A stretch of 64,000 bases of DNA from a bacterium (GTDB taxonomy: Bacteria; Patescibacteriota; Patescibacteriia; Patescibacteriales; GWE2-39-37): the NCBI GenBank assembly GCA_037146995.1, contig JBAWWA010000006.1, forward strand, positions 15,031 through 79,030. The letters are read 5' to 3'. The position numbers and the translations under genes were made by a program. The notes below the pieces were generated by a model. The model worked only from the letters and a program-made list of their open reading frames with translations. It made no database searches and had not been told where the DNA came from. Below, piece after piece: positions 55,414 to 62,410 of this stretch. Position 1 is the stretch's first letter; each line of letters begins with the position of its first letter.

Positions 55414-56442
55414 ATGCTTAATTACAAACGTTTCATTGCTGTTGTTGCAATCCTCTCCCTGGTAACAACCAATCTCACAAACGTTGCAGACGCTGCCTCA
55501 CTATCTAATGCTAAGGACTCTCTTAGTACATCTGATTTGGGCGTCGTCTCAACGCACACGGTTACTTTTACGAATCATGTCGCGTTAAACGCTAATGATA
55601 CGATTGAGATAACTATGCCAAGTCCAGCTAACGTAACTCCTGGACTGGTCACTTGTCCACTGAATTTTACCGCCTCAGCGCCTTTTGCTAATACGGCACG
55701 TTGCACAGCTTCGACCAGTATTGCTACCGGTACTTTTACGGTAATTATTCCAAGCATCACTAATCCATCCACGGCTGGCAGTCAAGATGTTACCATCGTC
55801 ACTAGAGCTGGCGGCACGACTGCTATTGAGTCAATCACGGTTAGAGTAGCGTATATTGATAAAATTAATGTATCAGCTTCTGTACCATCAACGTTAACAT
55901 TTTCGATTTCAGGTGTCTCATCTGGTACGGCGGTAAATGCTGCCACGACAACCCTGACTTCGAGCTCAACGGCCCTGGCTTTCGGCAACTTACAGGCTGG
56001 TACTAGCTCTATTATCGCTCAGCAATTGTCAGTTGTTACCAATGCTTCAGCTGGATATAGCGTAACTGTTCAGCAAAATCAGAATTTAACTAGTAGTGGT
56101 GGTTCGCAAATTGCGACCTTTAAGGATGGTACTGCCACAACTTCTGCTTGGGCAAATCCTTCAGCAGTTCTAGATTCTACTAATACTTACGGACATTTTG
56201 GCTTGACCTCAAACGACTGGACTTTGACGGCTGGTGACACCTTCGGTGCTTCATCAACAGCAAAATACAGTGGCTTTAATGGTACAGCCCCAATTGAAGT
56301 TCTCTATCATACCGGAGTTGCTGATGGTGTAACCATCAGCAAGGGTATGGCTCAAGTGGCATACAGATTACAAGTTTCCGCCCTTCAACCTGCAGGTGAT
56401 TATTCAAATATATTGACTTACATCGCCACGCCGACCTATTAG
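55414..56442 (+). CDS. secreted WxL-like-domain protein, small paralog 1
   Basis: Signal peptide ...TNVADA/AS. N-terminal Ig-like domain. C-terminal domain LAFGNLQAGTSSIIAQQLSVVTNASAGYSVTVQQNQNLTS ... LQPAGDYSNILTYIATPTY-stop. Confidence 0.7.
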   Translation: MLNYKRFIAVVAILSLVTTNLTNVADAASLSNAKDSLSTSDLGVVSTHTVTFTNHVALNANDTIEITMPSPANVTPGLVTCPLNFTASAPFANTARCTASTSIATGTFTVIIPSITNPSTAGSQDVTIVTRAGGTTAIESITVRVAYIDKINVSASVPSTLTFSISGVSSGTAVNAATTTLTSSSTALAFGNLQAGTSSIIAQQLSVVTNASAGYSVTVQQNQNLTSSGGSQIATFKDGTATTSAWANPSAVLDSTNTYGHFGLTSNDWTLTAGDTFGASSTAKYSGFNGTAPIEVLYHTGVADGVTISKGMAQVAYRLQVSALQPAGDYSNILTYIATPTY

Positions 56443-56516
56443 GTATTAATTATCTTAATAGATAGGCAAAAAATGAACATATATCAGCTTTTATAGCTCG
56501 TGTATGAGTCTGCAAA

Positions 56517-56556
56517 ATAAAAGAACGCCTAGGGAAGAGGCGTTCTTTTATTTTTA
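56517..56556 (+). terminator. rho-independent terminator
   Basis: AAAAGAACGCCT-AGGGAAG-AGGCGTTCTTTT plus a T-run. Confidence 0.8.
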
Positions 56557-56585
56557 TAAAATGACTTGTGGATAACTTTGCAGAA
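56555..56585 (+). promoter_or_regulatory. candidate promoter or operator upstream of small WxL-like gene 2
   Basis: TATAAA (56555-56560), 6 nt, then TGTGGATAACTTTGCAGAA (56567-56585). It aligns with 55128-55147. Confidence 0.35.
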
Positions 56586-56690
56586 CCTGAAATTTAGTCA
56601 TTGCTATTGTAATAAAATAATGATTTATTAGTATTTTGTAAATAGTTAAATATTTGCTAATTATAAATAATAAAATAGGTTTTTGTGGTT

Positions 56691-56714
56691 GTGTCAAATC
56701 TTTATATTTGACAC
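56691..56714. promoter_or_regulatory. perfect inverted repeat, candidate operator
   Basis: GTGTCAAAT-CTTTAT-ATTTGACAC (9-bp arms, 6-nt spacer), 210 nt upstream of the ATG at 56924. Confidence 0.35.
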
Positions 56715-56923
56715 TCTAGAAAAAAAGGACTCTTCGTGATATTATAATTTCATACAGTGCTAGAAAGGCACAAGTTCATCTGAAAATTTAGTTTGAAGTC
56801 GCCGAATAAATCGCGATGACAAAAAAATAAAAAAAGATAATTCATTTTTTAAAAATTATAGAAAATGAAAAAAGGACTTGCCAAAATCAAAATCAACAAA
56901 AAGACAAATAATAAAAATATAAC

Positions 56924-57970
56924 ATGCAAAAACACAAAAAAACACTCGCGCTGTTAGCGATTTTATCGCTAGTAGTAACAAATGGCTTTTATAGTAGCTT
57001 GGTAAATATTGCCAACGCTGGGTCCTTAACTAGTGCCAAGGACACAATTTCAAATTCAAACGTGAGCGCATCAGCGACTCATGTAATTAAGTTTACTACA
57101 AAAACAGCTTTAATTGCTGGTGACGAAATTCAGGCAAATTTTGCCGGTGGCTTTACCAACGTTTTAGCTGTTAACACGACTTGTACTGGTGCTGCTTTTG
57201 CAGGTGGTACTTTACCGGCTGCAAATACTGTTAATTGTGCGGCTGCTGGTGTAATCGCTACGAATACAGTTTTAACAATTACTGTTACAGGTGTTGTCAA
57301 TCCAGGCACGGCTGGTAGCCAAATAATTAGTTTAAATTCCAAACATACTGGCTTTGGCTCACCAGCTATCGATCGTGCTGATGTTATGGTAGCTATAATT
57401 TCAAACGTTGCTGTAAGCGCATACGTTCCTTCGTCATTATTGTTTACAATTTCTCCGGTTGCTACTGGTACCAATGTTAATAACGGTGTTACTACTTCCA
57501 TGTCAGCCACAACTTCATTGGCTTTTGGCACTTTGACCGTTGGTACTTCCTCAATCATGGCACAACAGTTGGCCGTTACCACTAATGCGGGCTATGGTTA
57601 TACGGTAACAGTTGAACAGAATCAGGATTTAACTTCAAATTCAGGCGCAATAATCGATTCGTTTAAAGATGGCACCCCAACTAGAAGTGTTTGGTCGGCA
57701 CCATTAGGAACTTTAGACGCCACAACTACTTATGGTCATATGGGCTTTACTAGCGATGATGCGACCTTGCAGGCGAATTTTGCAGCAGGTGAATATGATG
57801 GTTTTATAGGTACAACACCAGAAGAAGTTATGTATCACACTGGTCCAGCTGATGGTAGCACACAAAATAAAGGTTTAGCTAAGGTTGCATATAGAATTCA
57901 GATCAGTGCTTTGCAAGAAGCAGGTGACTACTACAATACTTTAACCTACGTCGCCACCCCAACTTACTAA
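56924..57970 (+). CDS. secreted WxL-like-domain protein, small paralog 2
   Basis: Signal peptide ...VNIANA/GS. C-terminal domain LAFGTLTVGTSSIMAQQLAVTTNAGYGYTVTVEQNQDLTS ... LQEAGDYYNTLTYVATPTY-stop. Colinear with ORF 55414. Confidence 0.7.
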   Translation: MQKHKKTLALLAILSLVVTNGFYSSLVNIANAGSLTSAKDTISNSNVSASATHVIKFTTKTALIAGDEIQANFAGGFTNVLAVNTTCTGAAFAGGTLPAANTVNCAAAGVIATNTVLTITVTGVVNPGTAGSQIISLNSKHTGFGSPAIDRADVMVAIISNVAVSAYVPSSLLFTISPVATGTNVNNGVTTSMSATTSLAFGTLTVGTSSIMAQQLAVTTNAGYGYTVTVEQNQDLTSNSGAIIDSFKDGTPTRSVWSAPLGTLDATTTYGHMGFTSDDATLQANFAAGEYDGFIGTTPEEVMYHTGPADGSTQNKGLAKVAYRIQISALQEAGDYYNTLTYVATPTY

Positions 57971-57996
57971 GTTTTTGCAGACTTATATTATGCAAA

Positions 57997-58029
57997 GCCT
58001 CGGCCTCGGTCGAGGTTTTGTGTTTTTTT
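57997..58029 (+). terminator. probable rho-independent terminator
   Basis: GCCTCG...CGAGG hairpin followed by TTTTGTGTTTTTTT. Confidence 0.5.
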
Positions 58030-58074
58030 GTTCAAGTGCTTAAAAAATGCTATAATGAATTCGTATGTTGATAA
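58028..58074 (+). promoter_or_regulatory. promoter of the three-gene DUF916-like operon plus a downstream TGTTGATAA motif
   Basis: TTGTTC, 17 nt, (TGc)TATAAT (58051-58056), 9 nt, then TGTTGATAA (58066-58074). It lies inside the N-terminal extension of the track ORF, which argues for the ATG at 58097. Confidence 0.5.
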
Positions 58075-58096
58075 ATTATTAATCGCAATTTTTTTT

Positions 58097-59206
58097 ATGA
58101 AACTATGTAAAGGGGCTTCAGTGACAACAGGTTTATTTTTAATCTTAGCTGTTTTTTTTCTTCAAGTTAGTCAGGTGTTGGCAGCCGGAGCATTAAAGGT
58201 TAGTCCGATTAGGGTTGATGAATTAGCTAATCCCGGCGATGTGATTTCACGAAGTGTAACCGTTACAAATGATTCAGATACTCCGACCACAATTTTTGCT
58301 TATATTCGAGATTTTAAATCTGAGGGTGAGGAAGGTCAGGCACGCTTGATTGAACCGGGCAGCGAATCAGGGCCTTATTTATCGTCTTGGATCCAGATTA
58401 CCAATGCCGGTGTGAGTTTTGCTCCGCATGAAGCAAGGGATTTTAGCTTTAAAGTTTCTGTCCCGCAAAACGCTGGTCCAGGTGGTTATTATGGTGCTTT
58501 AGTTTTTGGTACCAAAGCGCCAAATGTACGCATTGACTCCGCAGAAAAGGGTGCGGCCATTGGTGTGGCTCAGCAAACGGCAGTTTTGGTTTTGATTCAG
58601 ATTGCCGGTCAAGTTAATGAAAGTGCCATAATTCGCGATTTTTCGACTGACAAAAGTTTATATAACACACCTTTTACGGCCACCTTTTTAACTCGAATAG
58701 AAAATCAAGGTAACGTGCACATCAAGCCTCGAGGTATTGTTCAGGTTTATAACATGATGGGTAAAGAGGTTTCAAATATACGTATTAATGATAAATCAGC
58801 TAATGTTTTGCCAAAAACTATTAGAAAATTTCAAGATAATTGGCAGGATAATTTTGGCTTTGGTCGCTACAAAGCAGTACTTTCGTTGAGCTATGGAACT
58901 TCACTCGAAAATGGTGGCACGGGCATGCAGTCACTTAACTCGATTTCTTATTTCTGGATCCTGCCGTTCAAAATTGTGGGTATTATTTTGTTAATACTTG
59001 CCGGTATATTTTTGTTCATATTCAGTTCCTTTAAAATGTTCAAAATGCGGGCCATGAAAAACATGATGAAGGAGCTTGGCGTGGGCGGGGCTAATGTTAA
59101 AAGGCGTAAGAGCAAGAACGCTGATGGTTCACTTGGCCTAGTTTTGTTTATTGTTTTAAGTTTCATTGCTTTATTGGGTCTGGCAGTTTTTTTTCTAGTT
59201 AGTTAA
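58097..59206 (+). CDS. DUF916/DUF3324-like (WxL-interacting-protein-like) membrane-anchored surface protein, paralog 1
   Basis: Signal peptide ...VSQVLA/AG. First beta-sandwich half LKVSPIRVDELANPGDVISRSVTVTNDSD...GGYYGALVF. Second half RIENQGNVHIKPRGIVQVYN...FGRYKAVLSLSYG. C-terminal TM helices and a basic tail. The start is trimmed to the ATG at 58097. Confidence 0.65.
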   Translation: MKLCKGASVTTGLFLILAVFFLQVSQVLAAGALKVSPIRVDELANPGDVISRSVTVTNDSDTPTTIFAYIRDFKSEGEEGQARLIEPGSESGPYLSSWIQITNAGVSFAPHEARDFSFKVSVPQNAGPGGYYGALVFGTKAPNVRIDSAEKGAAIGVAQQTAVLVLIQIAGQVNESAIIRDFSTDKSLYNTPFTATFLTRIENQGNVHIKPRGIVQVYNMMGKEVSNIRINDKSANVLPKTIRKFQDNWQDNFGFGRYKAVLSLSYGTSLENGGTGMQSLNSISYFWILPFKIVGIILLILAGIFLFIFSSFKMFKMRAMKNMMKELGVGGANVKRRKSKNADGSLGLVLFIVLSFIALLGLAVFFLVS

Positions 59207-59209
59207 ATA

Positions 59210-60163
59210 ATGAGAATTTTTACTAAATTTTTTTTCTTTTCGCTTGCTTTATGGTGGCTGGTAAATAGCCACCCAGTTTTGGCGCAAGGTGTAACTATTT
59301 CTCCCGTCATAGTTGATGAAATTTCAGTAGCTCGAGGTTTGGTTGAAAAAAGTATTAATATTCAAAATAATACGACAACTAAGGTAACTTTGTATCCTTT
59401 TGTGAATGAAGTTACTCAGTCAGGTGGAAAACAAGTTTTTGATGCTTACGCTGCTGACAAAACCACCTCTTTGGCTAATTGGATTGATTTTTCTCGCAAG
59501 ACTATTGAATTAATGCCTGGAGCCTCAACCTCAGTGCCGCTTCGAATTCAAGTTCATCCATCGGCTAAGGCGGGCAAATATTATGCCATTATTTCGATCA
59601 TCAATGGCGCTAATCGACCAGATGCTGAGTCAAGAATATCCAGTAGTATTGATTCAGGGGTGACTATTAATCTAGAGATTAAGGATAATAAGATTGAAAA
59701 TGCCGAGCTTGGTGATTTTAATGTGTTAAATTTTTTCAATTTTAATAACAATGTCGATTTAACTTTTAACATAAAAAATGCTGGTAATCAATTGATCGTA
59801 CCAACGGGCAATATTTTGATTTATGATAATCGTGGTCGTGAGATTGATGAAATAAAAGTAAATACGGAGGGTAAAAATATTATTGCAGGTGAAAAACAAT
59901 TTAATAAATTGATTTGGGCTACCGGCAATAAAATGGGAAAATTCAAGGCTAAATTGAGTTTGAAGTATGGTGATGTTACAAAAAGAGATTTGCAGGATTC
60001 TGTTTATTTTTGGGTTCTGCCTAAATGGTTTCTTGGTTTAGTGGGTTTTATAGTGCTGATTTTATTTGTCAGTATTATGATTTTGGTGATGCGCTTGGGT
60101 CGTCTCAAAAAAAGCTTATACGAAGATGAGCGCGGCGAAATTATTAATTTACGTGGACGTTAA
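59210..60163 (+). CDS. DUF916/DUF3324-like membrane-anchored surface protein, paralog 2
   Basis: Signal peptide ...HPVLA/QG. VTISPVIVDE...INIQNNTTTKVTLYPFV, GKYYAIISI, FNIKNAGNQLIVPTGNILIYD, GKFKAKLSLKYG. C-terminal TM helix plus RLGRLKK. Confidence 0.65.
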   Translation: MRIFTKFFFFSLALWWLVNSHPVLAQGVTISPVIVDEISVARGLVEKSINIQNNTTTKVTLYPFVNEVTQSGGKQVFDAYAADKTTSLANWIDFSRKTIELMPGASTSVPLRIQVHPSAKAGKYYAIISIINGANRPDAESRISSSIDSGVTINLEIKDNKIENAELGDFNVLNFFNFNNNVDLTFNIKNAGNQLIVPTGNILIYDNRGREIDEIKVNTEGKNIIAGEKQFNKLIWATGNKMGKFKAKLSLKYGDVTKRDLQDSVYFWVLPKWFLGLVGFIVLILFVSIMILVMRLGRLKKSLYEDERGEIINLRGR

Positions 60164-60165
60164 GC

Positions 60166-61173
60166 ATGAAGAAAACTTTATTTGCATTATTTGTATTAGT
60201 GGGCTGTTTTATGACTGGAGCTTTTGCCGAGGCTCAATCTGCTCAAGGCTTGGCATTGTCTATTTCACCTCCACTGTATAAGGTAAATTTAAACCCAGGT
60301 GAAGCTTGGGGGAGCGTTGTTAAAGTAATTAACAACAATCCTTATGAGATGATGGTTTATGCCCAGGTCCTAGACTTCAAGTCAGGCGAGCAGGGTGGGG
60401 TTGAATTTATAAAAAATAATCTCAGTGATCAAGCAACCTCGACCGACAAGTTTGCTTTGAGTCAATGGGTGAATATTACTAGTGAACCTGTTCGTATTCC
60501 AGCTTTTGGCAGCCAAGATGTGCAATTTACAATTGCTACGCCAGCCAATGCCTCGCCAGGCGGTCATTATGCGGCGATCATGGTTGGCACTGAGCCACCG
60601 GACAATACTGGCGGCGGAAGTAATATTAAAGTTTCGTCAAAATTGGCCTCATTGATTCTCGCCAGGGTCAGTGGTGATGTGATTGAAAAGGGTGATATTA
60701 AGGAATTTTCAGTGGGAAAAAGCGTTTCAGCTGATCTCAAAGCCGATTTTAATGTTATATTTGAAAATTCTGGTAACACCCACTTGCAACCAAAAGGAGA
60801 GATAAGTATTACCAATATTTTCGGACAGAAACGTGCAACTATTATGGTAAATAATCAGGCCGATTATGGCAATGTTTTGCCAAACAGCGTGAAGCGTTGG
60901 CAATTCAATTGGCAAGGTGATAGTAGTCTTTTTGATGCCGGACTAATGAAGGCGGATTTATTAATGACTTATGGCGGTGATACCAAAGAATCCCTTGTAC
61001 GTACAATTTATTTTTGGACCTTTTCGATGAAGCCGACACTAATTGTTTTGGGCGTAATAATTATTCCTTTGCTTTTAATTATCTTTATTATTAGATTGTA
61101 TATTCGACGTAGTATAAATAATTTACGCGAACAGGCAATGATTCGTCCGTCGCGTGGTCGCCCAAGGCGTTAA
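60166..61173 (+). CDS. DUF916/DUF3324-like membrane-anchored surface protein, paralog 3
   Basis: Signal peptide ...GAFAEA/QS. LSISPPLYKVNLNPGEAWGSVVKVINNNP, GGHYAAIMVG, FENSGNTHLQPKGEISITN, GLMKADLLMTYG. C-terminal TM helix plus an RR-rich tail. Confidence 0.65.
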   Translation: MKKTLFALFVLVGCFMTGAFAEAQSAQGLALSISPPLYKVNLNPGEAWGSVVKVINNNPYEMMVYAQVLDFKSGEQGGVEFIKNNLSDQATSTDKFALSQWVNITSEPVRIPAFGSQDVQFTIATPANASPGGHYAAIMVGTEPPDNTGGGSNIKVSSKLASLILARVSGDVIEKGDIKEFSVGKSVSADLKADFNVIFENSGNTHLQPKGEISITNIFGQKRATIMVNNQADYGNVLPNSVKRWQFNWQGDSSLFDAGLMKADLLMTYGGDTKESLVRTIYFWTFSMKPTLIVLGVIIIPLLLIIFIIRLYIRRSINNLREQAMIRPSRGRPRR

Positions 61174-61178
61174 TTTGT

Positions 61179-62036
61179 ATGGCAAAAAACAGGACACTAA
61201 ATCTCAAACAACACAAACGTGGTTTTTTTGGCCGGCGTGAGTTTTTAGTGATTGTTTGTTCGATCATTATTACTTCAGTCGGCATTAAGGCAGCCGACAA
61301 TTTACGTAATGGTAAAAATTCAGAACCAGAATATTTCGGACCTTGTCCAGCTGACATGGTTCAGGTTATTGCACCTCATGGTAATTTTTGTATAGATAAA
61401 TATGAGGCATCAGCTGGTCAGAATTGTCAATTTAAAAATCCCAACACACAAGACGAGACGCGTCGAAGTCTTGATACCAATGATTGCGCCGCTGCTTCAG
61501 TTCAGGGCGCCGCCGCTTGGAGTAATATCTCACAAAATCAAGCCAGCATTGCCTGTGCTCGTGCAGGCAAACGTCTACCGACAAATCAAGAATGGTCACT
61601 CGCGGCAGCCGGCACGCCTGATAAAAATGATAATTGGGTGAATGATGATTGTAATGTTTCCGGTAATTGGACTGGTGGAGCAGGGTTAACTGGTAGTGGT
61701 ATGCAATGTAAATCAGCTTCTGGGGCTTTTGATATGGTAGGTAATGTTTGGGAATGGGTTGCTGGTACGGTCAATGAGGGTGTGTATGAAAATACGAAAC
61801 TTCCAAGCCAAGGTTTCGTGAAGGCGGTTGATGATAAGGGTATGCCCAGTGCCACTAGCGAGACAGGAGACCAAAATTATTATAATGATTACGCCTCAAT
61901 AAAAAATACCGGCATCAGAGCTATCGCTCGCGGTGGTTATTGGGCTAATAAAGGTGAGGCGGGACAGTACTCTACCTACATTGTTTATGAGCCTTCATTC
62001 GCTGGTAGTAGTATTGGCTTTAGATGTGTAAAATAA
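61179..62036 (+). CDS. membrane-anchored FGE-sulfatase (SUMF1/formylglycine-generating-enzyme-like) domain protein
   Basis: N-terminal TM helix (FLVIVCSIIITSVGI). Motifs CIDKYEAS, RLPTNQEWSLAA, GNVWEWV, ARGGYW, SIGFRCVK, typical of the FGE-sulfatase fold. Confidence 0.7.
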   Translation: MAKNRTLNLKQHKRGFFGRREFLVIVCSIIITSVGIKAADNLRNGKNSEPEYFGPCPADMVQVIAPHGNFCIDKYEASAGQNCQFKNPNTQDETRRSLDTNDCAAASVQGAAAWSNISQNQASIACARAGKRLPTNQEWSLAAAGTPDKNDNWVNDDCNVSGNWTGGAGLTGSGMQCKSASGAFDMVGNVWEWVAGTVNEGVYENTKLPSQGFVKAVDDKGMPSATSETGDQNYYNDYASIKNTGIRAIARGGYWANKGEAGQYSTYIVYEPSFAGSSIGFRCVK

Positions 62037-62047
62037 GTTTGAAAAAC

Positions 62048-62407
62048 ATGAGATTGCAATTAGTTAAAATAAAGTCAATTAAGGCCGTCTTATTTTTTTG
62101 CTGGCTCTTGATTATTGGCATGAGCTCGTATTCACTAGTTTTAGCTAGTAGTATGGGGGTTGGGGCTGGTATTCAGACAAGTGTTCCTGAAAATGAATAC
62201 AGCCGAGCTGCTATTCAATTACGACAAAAATCAACTGAACTTGATCAGCGACAGCAGGCGCTCGATAATCTGCAAAAAAAAATTGAACAAGGCAATCAGA
62301 CTAGGGATAAAGTTTTGGTGGTGGCGGGTCTAAGCCTTTTTGTCTTAATCGTGATAAATTATTATCTTGATCTGCATCGCCGCAAATTAACAGGCATAAA
62401 AACATAG
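62048..62407 (+). CDS. small bitopic protein: N-terminal signal/TM, coiled coil, C-terminal TM plus basic tail
   Basis: About 119 aa from the ATG at 62048 (the track ORF starts at 62024 and overlaps the previous gene). C-terminus VLVVAGLSLFVLIVINYYLDLHRRK. No LPXTG motif. Confidence 0.5.
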   Translation: MRLQLVKIKSIKAVLFFCWLLIIGMSSYSLVLASSMGVGAGIQTSVPENEYSRAAIQLRQKSTELDQRQQALDNLQKKIEQGNQTRDKVLVVAGLSLFVLIVINYYLDLHRRKLTGIKT

Positions 62408-62410
62408 AAA

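Noticed and set aside
55091-56923. Possible replication origin: AT-rich long intergenic regions with perfect DnaA boxes
   Set aside because: There is only one perfect box per region, with no cluster of boxes, no dnaA/dnaN nearby and no obvious DUE repeats. The boxes align with promoter elements of paralogous genes, so a transcriptional role is more likely.
56865-56957. Lys-rich 30-codon ORF (MKKGLAKIKINKK...) overlapping the start of gene 56924 in another frame
   Set aside because: It arises from an A-rich leader sequence. It has no SD or promoter support and overlaps the real start out of frame. It is probably fortuitous.
55414-57970. Small secreted paralogs as type IV pilins serviced by the tandem PilB ATPase
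   Set aside because: Their N-termini are ordinary Sec signal peptides with AxA-type cleavage sites (VADA/AS, IANA/GS). They are not class III signals (G/FTLIE followed by a hydrophobic helix), and 2.5 kb of unrelated genes separate them from the ATPase.
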